A stretch of 64,000 nt of DNA. Source: a virus. Its lineage: Duplodnaviria > Caudoviricetes. The first letter of the stretch is position 1, and every line of letters begins with the position of its first letter. Shown here piece by piece: positions 53,937 to 63,087 of the stretch. The stretch lies in IMG/VR virus record IMGVR_UViG_3300038530_003085, positions 64,001 to 128,000 of that record; one strand, given 5' to 3'. A program made the translations under genes and the position numbers. The notes beneath the pieces are model-generated. The model did no database searches, was not told where the DNA came from, and saw only the letters and a list, made by a program, of their open reading frames with translations.

Positions 53937-54720
53937 CACTAATTTCCTTTACAAGTTGTTGAGTTTTTAAGACAGTCAACAATAAGTTATCGTCAATTTC
54001 AGTAGCTTGGAAAGAGTCAAGCTTTTCACTTATCAAACTACGACGCCCATCAAGCTTACTATCTGGAATTGAATCAATTGTCTTCTTAAGTCTGGTCAAT
54101 TCTTCATTCAGAAACATCTTAAGTTCAACAGCATTGTCAACAAAAGAAGCGATGTAATGGTTTAACAATTCTTTTTGCTCATCAAGCAACTCATCAGAGT
54201 ATTTCTGGTTGAACTTATTTACAAAAGTTGTTAGAGTGAGAGTGTCAATTTCCGTTTCAGTTTCTAATTCAACACTCTTTGACATATCTTCAATAATCTT
54301 ATTTTCTAACATGACCTTATTCTTTGGCGTTGTTTTTATATTAAAGATCTGGTCAATGGTTGCCAATGTTTTATAGTTTGGCACAAAGTTATTAAATACA
54401 GTTGGGTCAAGCTCTTTGTTAATATCGTTGATAAGCTCAGTTTGTTGCTTAAATAATCCGTGTGGATCGATTAAACGTGCTGAGATATTAGCTTCTTTTA
54501 ATATTTTTTCACATATTTCAACTGGGAGGTTCTGGTTTTCGTAGAGTGACTTGTAGCAGTTGAGATGCTGTCTTAAGTAGCTACCGGGCTTAAAGTGTTT
54601 TTTCACAAGCGATACAGCAATATTTTTTCTTTCAGTATCATTTTTGATAATCGCGGCGGTAATCTCTTTTACCAACGACTCAAAAACAAATGCCGTATTT
54701 CTTTTTTTATTGTGTTTCAT
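53920..54720 (-). CDS. Hypothetical helical protein downstream of portal
   Basis: MKHNKKRNTAFVFE...VPNYKTLATI; overlaps the portal 3' end. Confidence 0.75.
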   Translation of the reverse strand: MKHNKKRNTAFVFESLVKEITAAIIKNDTERKNIAVSLVKKHFKPGSYLRQHLNCYKSLYENQNLPVEICEKILKEANISARLIDPHGLFKQQTELINDINKELDPTVFNNFVPNYKTLATIDQIFNIKTTPKNKVMLENKIIEDMSKSVELETETEIDTLTLTTFVNKFNQKYSDELLDEQKELLNHYIASFVDNAVELKMFLNEELTRLKKTIDSIPDSKLDGRRSLISEKLDSFQATEIDDNLLLTVLKTQQLVKEISDAGNH

Positions 54721-56692
54721 CTTTTTGCTCCGTCAATAGTTTATTTTTCTTATCTAAAACATCAATTAATGATTTTACAGAATTATTCATCTCAAGAATT
54801 TTTTGTTCTTCGTCTAATTCTCTATCAGAATATATAGATGTTTGTTCTGTAAAAACTCCTCTACCCAATGATCTTAACTCTGGATAGCCTAGATTATTCT
54901 TTCTCATAGTATTTGTTTCTGGTGTAGCAATTGACCCATATGATTGAGATCTTTTACCTAGTGGCCTCTTATCATTGACACCATCTTTTCTTACATAAGT
55001 GCTCTTGTCATACACGCTTAGTTTTTTTGATGGGCGTGAACCGGGAGGCACTGCCAATAATGGTGAATCATCTCCTGCATCATCTGGCGCTGGTGTTGCG
55101 TCTGTTACGTCAGTTGCTGGTATTTCGGCTGGACCACCAGCGGCATCACCGGCATCGTCGCCAAGATCTAAGTCACCACCTCCAAGATCGCCACCTAAGC
55201 CGCCACCAAGGGCATCACCGCCTCCGCCGGCGGCACCTGCTGCCCCTTCGGCAACTTGTTGCAATGATGCATCATGTTTACGGTCGTAATACATTTCACG
55301 CTGATTACGTACAAATTCCTCGTGGTTGATACCAAAAATATTTTCAGACACCCAGCGGCGCGAGAAGTAACCTTCAGTAGCCGATGCTGCAATGTCAAAC
55401 TTCGCTTTCCAATGTTCAATTTCTTGTATCTCGGCAATCTTAGATGGGTTGTTGAGTGACAGCTTGAATGAAAGCAAGTCATCACCACGGAATCCAAGTG
55501 TATAAAGATGAATAATTCCTATCTTTTCAAGCTCAGAAATAACTACTCGCTGCAATCTTTGAATAGTTCTGGCAAAACGAATATCTTTTTGTGCTAATGT
55601 TGTTTTATCTTCTGTCGCTCCCTCACCCATCGTAAGATACGATTGAGGTATCTTTAGTGCTGAGAACAACTTGTCGCGAAGATACTTGACATCATCAATC
55701 GCTGTAATATTTTGTGCACCAGCTAATGATACAATATCGGTTTGTGAACCGGCACGGACTGGGATGTAGTAATCTTCTTCAATGCTCATCGGGTTGTAGC
55801 GTAAATCGACCCGGCCGGTGTCAGGATTGACAACAGAATTTCTTTTAAGTTGAGTAACTACTTTTTCCATATACTGTTCAACTTCATTCGGGGGAATAGC
55901 ACCAACATCAATCTTAAACACACGTCTCTCTGACGAACGCACAACACGGTAGGCCATCATTGCGTCTTCCATAAGGGTAAGCTGACGCCAGATACGACGT
56001 GAAGGCTCAAGAATAGAAGTTCCATAAGGTGCATACTTGTCGTTACCTAATACTCTAAAATGTGCAATTTGCCAATTTTCAAATGTTAAGCCAGCCGAGT
56101 TCCACTGATATTGTACATAGTTAGGGTTTGTAGCGTCCTGTCCTTCCAATCTCTCAACTTCTTGTGGAGGGAGTGAGATAGCTGACTGTACACCGTATTT
56201 ATCATCAATATCCAAGTACAACATGAAGTCACCATACTTGCACATTGTTCTTGACCAGCCAAACAAATTATATTCTACATTGAGAATGTTCTCGTATAAG
56301 ATTGCCAAAACCGCTCTTAATTCTTCGTTAGGACAACTAATATTAAGCATAGGTCTAAGATCGGAATAAGTTGTCATCTCATCTGCATAAATATCAAGTG
56401 TTGAAGCAATCTCAGGAGTGTATTCCATTTGATCAAAGTCAACATAACGTTCTGAACGACGCTGGTTTGCGATAGCATTAGAACCGATCTGATCTAACGG
56501 ACTGTAGTGAGTCTTCTTAAATTGTTGCCCAGATGCTGTTTTAAATCTTGACGAAAATTTATCAAGATGCTGTCGTCTAATCCTACGTCCCGACTGAGAA
56601 CGGTAATTAATAATAGGACCAGAAAATAATCTCGTTAAAGATTTAAATAATTGCGATTGATTATTTCTGGGATTGTTTTTGTTATCGGCCAT
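54707..56692 (-). CDS. Portal protein (T4 gp20 family)
   Basis: PEIASTLDIYADE, MEDAMMAYRVVRSSERRVFKIDVG, EDYYIPVR, ALKIP, DIRFAR; Gly/Asp-rich C-terminal linker. Confidence 0.95.
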   Translation of the reverse strand: MADNKNNPRNNQSQLFKSLTRLFSGPIINYRSQSGRRIRRQHLDKFSSRFKTASGQQFKKTHYSPLDQIGSNAIANQRRSERYVDFDQMEYTPEIASTLDIYADEMTTYSDLRPMLNISCPNEELRAVLAILYENILNVEYNLFGWSRTMCKYGDFMLYLDIDDKYGVQSAISLPPQEVERLEGQDATNPNYVQYQWNSAGLTFENWQIAHFRVLGNDKYAPYGTSILEPSRRIWRQLTLMEDAMMAYRVVRSSERRVFKIDVGAIPPNEVEQYMEKVVTQLKRNSVVNPDTGRVDLRYNPMSIEEDYYIPVRAGSQTDIVSLAGAQNITAIDDVKYLRDKLFSALKIPQSYLTMGEGATEDKTTLAQKDIRFARTIQRLQRVVISELEKIGIIHLYTLGFRGDDLLSFKLSLNNPSKIAEIQEIEHWKAKFDIAASATEGYFSRRWVSENIFGINHEEFVRNQREMYYDRKHDASLQQVAEGAAGAAGGGGDALGGGLGGDLGGGDLDLGDDAGDAAGGPAEIPATDVTDATPAPDDAGDDSPLLAVPPGSRPSKKLSVYDKSTYVRKDGVNDKRPLGKRSQSYGSIATPETNTMRKNNLGYPELRSLGRGVFTEQTSIYSDRELDEEQKILEMNNSVKSLIDVLDKKNKLLTEQKDETQ

Positions 56693-56700
56693 TTATTTTC

Positions 56701-58284
56701 TCACTTTATAATCCAATTAAATTGATTGTACATTCTTTTAGCTTCGTCTATTTTATCAAATGATTCTTTTTCTTTGTATCCAATCTGTCCTTTTATTTGT
56801 GTGTTCATAGTAGTTCTGGATGTAATAATTGCATTCGCAAAAGCTTTTTGATAGTTCAAATCTCTTGCGCTGTTTTGTATTGCAGTGTCTCTTACCCAGC
56901 AAGCAATTGCTAATGCCATTATCAAATCATCATGATAACCTTTCATTGCTTGTGGTCTACCATTCCTCCAAATAAAAGTTTTCATCTCATTAATAGTACG
57001 AGATGAATATACCGTAATTAGTTTATTTCTGATAAACTCTTCTAATTTCGCTACTATAAGAGGTCGAGTCTTAGAAGACGTTGTGAAGCCGGGCACTGCA
57101 GAGTTTCTGTATTCAGCTTGATGTTGTTCGATATATTCGTGTGTTGACTTGATAGAGTGATACAAGTTTGGATATCCAGCATCTAATAATTTATCTAACA
57201 CTGAATAACCAACATTGTTGTTTTCAACAACAAGCATCGCATTACCAAACTCTCTACCAACTTGATTTAATATATTTGCATACATATCGAGTGTTGGCTT
57301 CCCTTGATATTCGCCAACAACTTGCAAAGTTTCTAATTTTATCATATGAAAAGTTGAATAATCAGCACCATCACCACGAGCTACATCAGCGACCATAAGA
57401 TAATTACAGCTTGGATCATACTCTTCCCAAATCCAAAAGTTTCTATCAAAACCAGTTCTATACTTTGGTTCACACACATTACTAAGCAACCACTCCATAC
57501 AATCAGGGTCAATTACGGTCTCACCAGAAGTGTTGAAATTACATTCTAATTCTTGGGCAATCTGTCGTTTGGACATATTTTTAGTTTCTTTCTTGTACCA
57601 TTCTTCATCTCTATCGGGATGAACGTCCCATGGTAGTGTTGTAAGGTTAAAATTATTTGCCCCACTCTCAGCATCAACACAATTTTTATGAAACCAATTA
57701 CCAACACCGTTAGGTGTTGAAAGTGCAATACAACGACCACCAGTAGACAATGTGGGATACAAACCAGTCCACAACTCATCAAGACCTTCGATGTGTGCAG
57801 CCTCATCAAGAACCAATAAAGACAGTGCCTCAGAGCGACCTGCATCACCTGATGTTGATGCCGCCTTAATCGAAGAACCATTAGACAGTTCAAATGATGT
57901 TCGGTTGTCAACCGAGATTGTAGCTATGCGAATCCACTCTGGCAAATTCTTCATAATGCTTTTAACCTTTTTAACAAGGTTACCAGCAGTTGCAAACTTG
58001 GTTGCCATAACAAGAATTGACTTATCTTTGTGAAAAAGCATAAGCCAAGAAATATACCCGGCTGTAATAGTTGAAATACCTAACTGTCTTGCTTTTAAAA
58101 TAATGTTGAATCTGTAATCGTTAAAATCATTTAACAACACATCTTGAAAGTCATACGTATCAAAAAGGATTAGCCCGTGCATCGGATGTGATATACGGGC
58201 GTAATTTTTCAAGAAATATGCAGGGTCTTTACCGCACTTTAATATTTCTTGAAACTTTTGTTTTTTGGTAAGTTCAAAACTCAT
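56701..58284 (-). CDS. Terminase large subunit (T4 gp17 family)
   Basis: KARQLGIST Walker A, LLVLDEAAH Walker B, STPNG, ADVARG.G.DYS, HDDLIMA. Confidence 0.96.
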   Translation of the reverse strand: MSFELTKKQKFQEILKCGKDPAYFLKNYARISHPMHGLILFDTYDFQDVLLNDFNDYRFNIILKARQLGISTITAGYISWLMLFHKDKSILVMATKFATAGNLVKKVKSIMKNLPEWIRIATISVDNRTSFELSNGSSIKAASTSGDAGRSEALSLLVLDEAAHIEGLDELWTGLYPTLSTGGRCIALSTPNGVGNWFHKNCVDAESGANNFNLTTLPWDVHPDRDEEWYKKETKNMSKRQIAQELECNFNTSGETVIDPDCMEWLLSNVCEPKYRTGFDRNFWIWEEYDPSCNYLMVADVARGDGADYSTFHMIKLETLQVVGEYQGKPTLDMYANILNQVGREFGNAMLVVENNNVGYSVLDKLLDAGYPNLYHSIKSTHEYIEQHQAEYRNSAVPGFTTSSKTRPLIVAKLEEFIRNKLITVYSSRTINEMKTFIWRNGRPQAMKGYHDDLIMALAIACWVRDTAIQNSARDLNYQKAFANAIITSRTTMNTQIKGQIGYKEKESFDKIDEAKRMYNQFNWIIK

Positions 58285-58727
58285 ACATCCCTAATCATTG
58301 TACGAATCATTTCTTGCAGTGCAGACAAATCAAAATCTTCTCTAACAGGACCAAGTGTGATTGGAGATCTGCCATCGTCTCTAGGATCGCCATACAAAGA
58401 AGGTGGGTCGGGTTCATCATCCTGCATCTCTACACCGGGTAATCTTGAAAAGACAGACTGAAAAAGTTCGGCCACATCATCTGGTTGCATACCCTGAACT
58501 AAACTAGCTATCTTATCCTCTATAGAATCAGATCGTTTTTGCATTGGTGCGGTTTGTCCATCATTTCGATCTCTGGGCATCTCAAGCTCTCTACGACGCC
58601 TATACTCATCGTCACCAATCATTCGCCTAATAAGTTCTTCAGCCTCTTCGCTATACTCGGTAATGTTTTCTTCTTTCATGTATTCTTCTAGAATAATTCT
58701 ACGAAGTTGCTTTTTAGTAATCTGCAT
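58281..58727 (-). CDS. Acidic protein with MxITK..L..II.EE leader (putative internal head protein)
   Basis: ATG 58727 with AAGGAG SD: MQITKKQLRRIILEEYMKEE. Confidence 0.7.
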   Translation of the reverse strand: MQITKKQLRRIILEEYMKEENITEYSEEAEELIRRMIGDDEYRRRRELEMPRDRNDGQTAPMQKRSDSIEDKIASLVQGMQPDDVAELFQSVFSRLPGVEMQDDEPDPPSLYGDPRDDGRSPITLGPVREDFDLSALQEMIRTMIRDV

Positions 58728-58731
58728 TACC

Positions 58732-59274
58732 CTACTCCTTCTTTCTGGTGTCATTAGATGGGCGCTTACCGCCATCACCAGTCCAACCACCTTGAGACAT
58801 AAAGTCTTGCCAGTAGGCATCAGGTGCTTTTGAGGCATCTTCATTATTCATTGATTCATCTAAGCCACCTACAGTAAACTGTTGTACTGCTGTCAAAAAA
58901 GTACGCACGTTGGAAACATTCTCGACTCTAATATCTGGTTCTTCGACTTCGGTAAGTGTTACAGAACTACCAGTGATTTTACGATACTCTTTCTTTAAGA
59001 ACTTGACAACTTCTGACATGATAGCAGTAATATCATCTTCAAAACCGTTCTCATGAACTTTCTTTAAATGAACTTCAGACATATATGTAAGATGCATAAT
59101 GTTGCCTGCAAACCTAACATTAAAGCCATCAATAATGCGTCTATCTAAAATAGGATCGCCAGCCTCACGCTGCAAGCCTGCCTCAATGGGTTCGTTGTTT
59201 TCATCAAGAGCGCCGTCATAAACATTAGCTGCTGCTTGAGAGAGTCCTTGTACTATTTCATATACTGTTGCCAT
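58732..59274 (-). CDS. Hypothetical protein
   Basis: 180 aa ORF tightly packed in the operon, AAGGA SD. Confidence 0.75.
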   Translation of the reverse strand: MATVYEIVQGLSQAAANVYDGALDENNEPIEAGLQREAGDPILDRRIIDGFNVRFAGNIMHLTYMSEVHLKKVHENGFEDDITAIMSEVVKFLKKEYRKITGSSVTLTEVEEPDIRVENVSNVRTFLTAVQQFTVGGLDESMNNEDASKAPDAYWQDFMSQGGWTGDGGKRPSNDTRKKE

Positions 59275-59275
59275 T

Positions 59276-59668
59276 TTAATTATCCTTTTTTAAATTTGGT
59301 CTCCAACCATTTTTCCAACGCTCTTCTCTATCTTCGACATATTTTATGTAGCAATTGTTGCAACATTCAAATTTGACTAAACAGACATCATCCATCGAAG
59401 TCTTTGGAAACTTTCCACAGACAGGACAATTTTTACGCGGTTCTTTATTAAGTAGTTTTTTGCTTACCTTTATACCATTTACATCAATTTTATCTTCCCA
59501 TTCAGAATTTTTGGATGTCTTAGCATAAAATTCTTTCATTTGTTGAAGATATTCTTTTTCCTTATCTTCATCCCAAAATGCTCTGGGATTTGCAATTGCA
59601 TCGTCGCCATACTTTTCTTTTATAGCTTTCTCAATAGCAGCAATTTGATTAAGATTTTTATTGTTCAT
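59276..59668 (-). CDS. Hypothetical protein with Cys cluster
   Basis: CPVC...C...CCNNC; start re-called at ATG 59668. Confidence 0.7.
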   Translation of the reverse strand: MNNKNLNQIAAIEKAIKEKYGDDAIANPRAFWDEDKEKEYLQQMKEFYAKTSKNSEWEDKIDVNGIKVSKKLLNKEPRKNCPVCGKFPKTSMDDVCLVKFECCNNCYIKYVEDREERWKNGWRPNLKKDN

Positions 59669-60080
59669 TAAATACCTTATAAGCACCGTATGCACTCGCA
59701 GTTCCCACAGCAACACCTCCAGCAAACCACCACCATTTATATTTTGGTGCTGTTTTCTCTAGAGAGTTTACAAGTGCTTTTATTTCCTTGTCTTTCTCCA
59801 TTATAAACAAGTCGTATTCTTTTGTTAAAGCATTGTGTTCAATTTTTAAATTCTCTAATTTAAATTCGTATTCTTCTCTCAGTACTTTCAGTTCGTACTC
59901 TGTTTTTATCTCGCAGGAATATAATGCTATATCATAACTTGACAATACCTTTGCTATTGCATTTTCGTCAAACAAAACACCAGCAAAGGGTGCTGGGGCT
60001 TTATATTCTAATACGGTAAACTTCGCAGGCTCTGTGGCATTTGCGGCCATTGTTAGCAGAAATAATAATTTAAGGAACAT
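59658..60080 (-). CDS. Exported coiled-coil protein with C-terminal TM (possible spanin component)
   Basis: Signal peptide MFLKLLFLLTMAANA, heptad coiled coil, C-terminal WWWFAGGVAVGTASAYG. Confidence 0.55.
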   Translation of the reverse strand: MFLKLLFLLTMAANATEPAKFTVLEYKAPAPFAGVLFDENAIAKVLSSYDIALYSCEIKTEYELKVLREEYEFKLENLKIEHNALTKEYDLFIMEKDKEIKALVNSLEKTAPKYKWWWFAGGVAVGTASAYGAYKVFNEQ

Positions 60081-60453
60081 ACTCGATACCAAACTTAGAT
60101 TCTATATCTCTAATTAGTTCTTCTCTGTCACTATTAAACTTATTCTTGTATTTGCCAGCTTTATCTTGTCTTAGTTCATCTATCATATCAAGAGCATCTT
60201 CGTAGTCTTTTTCTATTTCGGCAATTGATTCAAGATGACTTTCCATTAGCAATTGTTTTTCTTTAATCTCTTGCTTGTGTATTTCTTTAAGACCTTCGAT
60301 TTGTGATTGTGCAGATTCTATTTGTGTCTTATATGTTTTCTGCATTAGATTGTAGTCATACCTCGTCTTAGCGACAACTACGATTGCTAATACAACTATT
60401 AGTATTTCTTTCCAGTGTGATATAACAAACTCTAAAATTTGTTTTCTAATCAT
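60070..60453 (-). CDS. i-spanin (Rz)-like protein
   Basis: N-terminal TM (ILIVVLAIVVVA) then periplasmic coiled coil; follows the holin-like gene. Confidence 0.55.
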   Translation of the reverse strand: MIRKQILEFVISHWKEILIVVLAIVVVAKTRYDYNLMQKTYKTQIESAQSQIEGLKEIHKQEIKEKQLLMESHLESIAEIEKDYEDALDMIDELRQDKAGKYKNKFNSDREELIRDIESKFGIEYVP

Positions 60454-60643
60454 TGTAACCTCGCAATCTAGAGATGCCATCAATAATGGTTTGGCCCCCG
60501 ATATAGATTGCTGAAATAATCACCCAGTCTTCGCTAGTAACATGTCCTGCTAGTGTTAAGCCAGTTGCTGCCAGCCAAACCATTAATTTACGTGATGTAA
60601 GCTTAGCTAACCAAGTGTCTAAGAATGCTTGTGCTTTTACCAT
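60446..60643 (-). CDS. Holin-like two-TM membrane protein
   Basis: KLTSRKLMVW...TM...EDWVIISAIYIGGQTIID, 65 aa. Confidence 0.65.
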   Translation of the reverse strand: MVKAQAFLDTWLAKLTSRKLMVWLAATGLTLAGHVTSEDWVIISAIYIGGQTIIDGISRLRGYND

Positions 60644-60652
60644 ATTGAACCT

Positions 60653-61258
60653 TTAAGTTGTTTCAGTAGTTTCGCTTGGGGGTGTGGGGCTGGTGGTCGT
60701 GGTGATATCTGCTGGGTCTGGCAATTGACCTTTGATTGTCTCTGCCATTTTATTAACTGCTGCAGCTAAACCACCCATTGCAAGGGCAGATATAATTGCT
60801 GGTTGTTCAGCCATCTTTTTCATAACGTTAAATAGCAACTCAACATTTTCAGGTGTTAATTGTTCAAGTCCTTCTTCAAGTTTACTTTCATTGGCATCAC
60901 CAACATTTGCATAAAGTGCAGCTAAATAATCTTTTACTGGGCCATCTGTGCAGCCAACTTTTGAATTATCTTCTTTTTTATAAACACACTTTCCTTTAGA
61001 GTAATAACCTTCAGACAGTTGTTCACCCCTCATATAATTTAATACTGAACTAAGATAATCTTGCGACTTAGTAATCTTGGATTCAACCCACTCTTCAAGG
61101 TTTGTGTCGTCTCCAATCATATCTTGTAGCATCAGTGCAAGTTCTGCTGTTCTGCCAAGTTGGCTGCGAGCCATCGAACCTTCACCGTAGCCACCTTCGT
61201 TAAGAGAATCAATTTCCTCTTGTATAATTTGTTTAAGTTCGGAGATAGTAATTTTCAT
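60653..61258 (-). CDS. MKIT-leader modular protein (putative internal head polyprotein)
   Basis: MKITISELKQIIQEEIDSLNE; modules separated by LNE/LSE/LEE. Confidence 0.7.
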   Translation of the reverse strand: MKITISELKQIIQEEIDSLNEGGYGEGSMARSQLGRTAELALMLQDMIGDDTNLEEWVESKITKSQDYLSSVLNYMRGEQLSEGYYSKGKCVYKKEDNSKVGCTDGPVKDYLAALYANVGDANESKLEEGLEQLTPENVELLFNVMKKMAEQPAIISALAMGGLAAAVNKMAETIKGQLPDPADITTTTSPTPPSETTETT

Positions 61259-61261
61259 TTT

Positions 61262-61570
61262 TTAAAATCCACCTATAGATGTCATCTTTGCATTGATCGC
61301 AGGATCTGTTAATTTAAATTCAGCAAACGATGCTCTGATAGATTCTTCATCCGCATCTCCGCCATACCATTGAACAAACTTTTCAGTTGCGTTTAAGCCT
61401 TCAAGAAACTTACCACCAAGTCCTGCTTGCTTGCAGATGCCCTCAAAGATCTCTGCTACAGAGGAATCATCTTCCTCAACCAAAACCTCGGTAACTTCTT
61501 CGGTAATTTCGTCTGTAACTGTTGAGGTTTTTCTAACTAAGGTAGTCCATAAATTTGTTAACCAGTTCAT
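61262..61570 (-). CDS. Hypothetical acidic protein
   Basis: Overlaps the upstream stop; GGAG SD. Confidence 0.65.
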   Translation of the reverse strand: MNWLTNLWTTLVRKTSTVTDEITEEVTEVLVEEDDSSVAEIFEGICKQAGLGGKFLEGLNATEKFVQWYGGDADEESIRASFAEFKLTDPAINAKMTSIGGF

Positions 61571-61827
61571 TTAATTTCTCCTACTTTTTTTAATGCTTCA
61601 ACAAAAGCTTCTAAGTTGGCAACTCTGGTAGCAACTGCATTAAAGTCACCTCTTTGCGCTGCTTGCATAGCATCTTCTAGATTTTCCATAATACCTCTTT
61701 TGACGCCCTTTACGCTTCTAACTCCGCCACCGGGAACTTCTACATCCGGGCTACGTGTTTGGCCGCGAACATAATCTCTCAATTCTTCATCAATAATTTC
61801 TTTGAGTATTTGCTTTGTGATTTTCAT
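61567..61827 (-). CDS. MKIT-leader small protein
   Basis: ATG 61827 with GAGGA SD: MKITKQILKEIIDEELRD; late motif upstream. Confidence 0.7.
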   Translation of the reverse strand: MKITKQILKEIIDEELRDYVRGQTRSPDVEVPGGGVRSVKGVKRGIMENLEDAMQAAQRGDFNAVATRVANLEAFVEALKKVGEIK

Positions 61828-61857
61828 AGTATATTCCTCTATATGAGTTACTAACAC

Positions 61858-61865
61858 TAAATAGT
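61858..61865 (-). promoter_or_regulatory. Putative late promoter motif ACTATTTA (gene 61827)
   Basis: Recurrent intergenic motif. Confidence 0.6.
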
Positions 61866-61882
61866 TTAATTTAAAGTAAAAA

Positions 61883-62530
61883 CTAATTTTCAGATGTGGC
61901 CCATATTATATTTTTAAACTTCTCTGGCTGTAAACCATAGTAGTTAGTTTTCCACTCTGACTGCTCAAAAAAATCTAAATTAATCCAATCATCTCTAAAC
62001 TGCCAAAGTTTTTCTGCCTCCTCATCCCAATTTTTACTTAAAACAAAAGATTCAATTTCTTGTTTTTTAGCTTGCACAGTATCGTAGTCAAACCCATCCC
62101 ACTCATAGTGAAAAACCTCGAAGACACGACCAGAACGATCAACATAATCTATACTAACATCTATTCCCCACTTTGGTTGCATATTGATAACTTTCCAAAG
62201 CATTGGGTTAATGCCAGAATATTTTACTAATTGTTTAACTGCATCACCAGAAAATGCTTTTCTTTCAAATAACTCGCAGTGATTAAAATGTGCGCCTGTA
62301 TTCTTATCCCACTCCATCCACGGTTTATGAATTACCCAATCTTGCCTTCGTAGATTTATATCATAGTCTGATATATTTGCATATGCTCGCTCAACTTCTG
62401 TCAAGTGATAACCATTCTGATCAAACAGAGCAGTGCAGTTGCGATTTAATAATATATCAGGATTTGCTATGGGTTTTGTCCAAAAACCATCTGTGTCAAA
62501 CAAAGATTCTAGAACAACTATTTCACTCAT
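61883..62530 (-). CDS. Hypothetical protein
   Basis: 215 aa aromatic-rich ORF (FDQNGY, KWGIDVSIDY). Confidence 0.7.
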   Translation of the reverse strand: MSEIVVLESLFDTDGFWTKPIANPDILLNRNCTALFDQNGYHLTEVERAYANISDYDINLRRQDWVIHKPWMEWDKNTGAHFNHCELFERKAFSGDAVKQLVKYSGINPMLWKVINMQPKWGIDVSIDYVDRSGRVFEVFHYEWDGFDYDTVQAKKQEIESFVLSKNWDEEAEKLWQFRDDWINLDFFEQSEWKTNYYGLQPEKFKNIIWATSEN

Positions 62531-62536
62531 CTTAAT

Positions 62537-62776
62537 TCAGTTGGCCAAGTCTCGTTTAGCGCTATCCATTTCATCCTTGTGACGCTCAAGCCAGCGCTCA
62601 GCTTCTTCATCAGAAAGATCAGTAGTTAAACTCTTTAGTGTTTCCTTGGCGCTTTTTCCTGTTTTCATCATTTTTTTAACGACAAGCTGGGCTGAATGTG
62701 GTACTGCGCGCTCATCAAGTGTGGCTTCCAATTCCTCTTTAATAATCTGCTTAAGTTGTTGTTTTGTAATCTTCAT
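62537..62776 (-). CDS. MKIT-leader small protein
   Basis: MKITKQQLKQIIKEELEATLDE. Confidence 0.7.
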   Translation of the reverse strand: MKITKQQLKQIIKEELEATLDERAVPHSAQLVVKKMMKTGKSAKETLKSLTTDLSDEEAERWLERHKDEMDSAKRDLAN

Positions 62777-62814
62777 GTTGCTAATCCATTCATACTATAA
62801 TTGTTTTCAAATCT

Positions 62815-63078
62815 TCAATTTTTTGAGTAGACACCTTCAAGCGCATCATAATAAGGATCCAACTTCTTATTGTTCATGGCAGCATCAATCTGATCATCGC
62901 TTAACTGTGGAAATTGTTGCTTAACCGCATTGTGAAGATCTGTATTATCCATGTCATCAAAGGGAGAGTCTTTGATGATCTTAATGATTGCATCAACCAA
63001 TGATTCTTTTAAAACCTCTGTCTTCTCTTCCATAAAATAACGAGGATCAAATCTTTTTGTGTTTTTATGTCTAGCCAT
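62815..63078 (-). CDS. Hypothetical protein
   Basis: AGGAG SD; MARHKNTKRFDPRYF...VLKE. Confidence 0.65.
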   Translation of the reverse strand: MARHKNTKRFDPRYFMEEKTEVLKESLVDAIIKIIKDSPFDDMDNTDLHNAVKQQFPQLSDDQIDAAMNNKKLDPYYDALEGVYSKN

Positions 63079-63087
63079 TATAATCTC

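Noticed and set aside
55060-55260. GC-rich low-complexity stretch suggesting a repeat or insertion
   Set aside because: It is the in-frame Gly/Ala/Asp linker of the portal C-terminus
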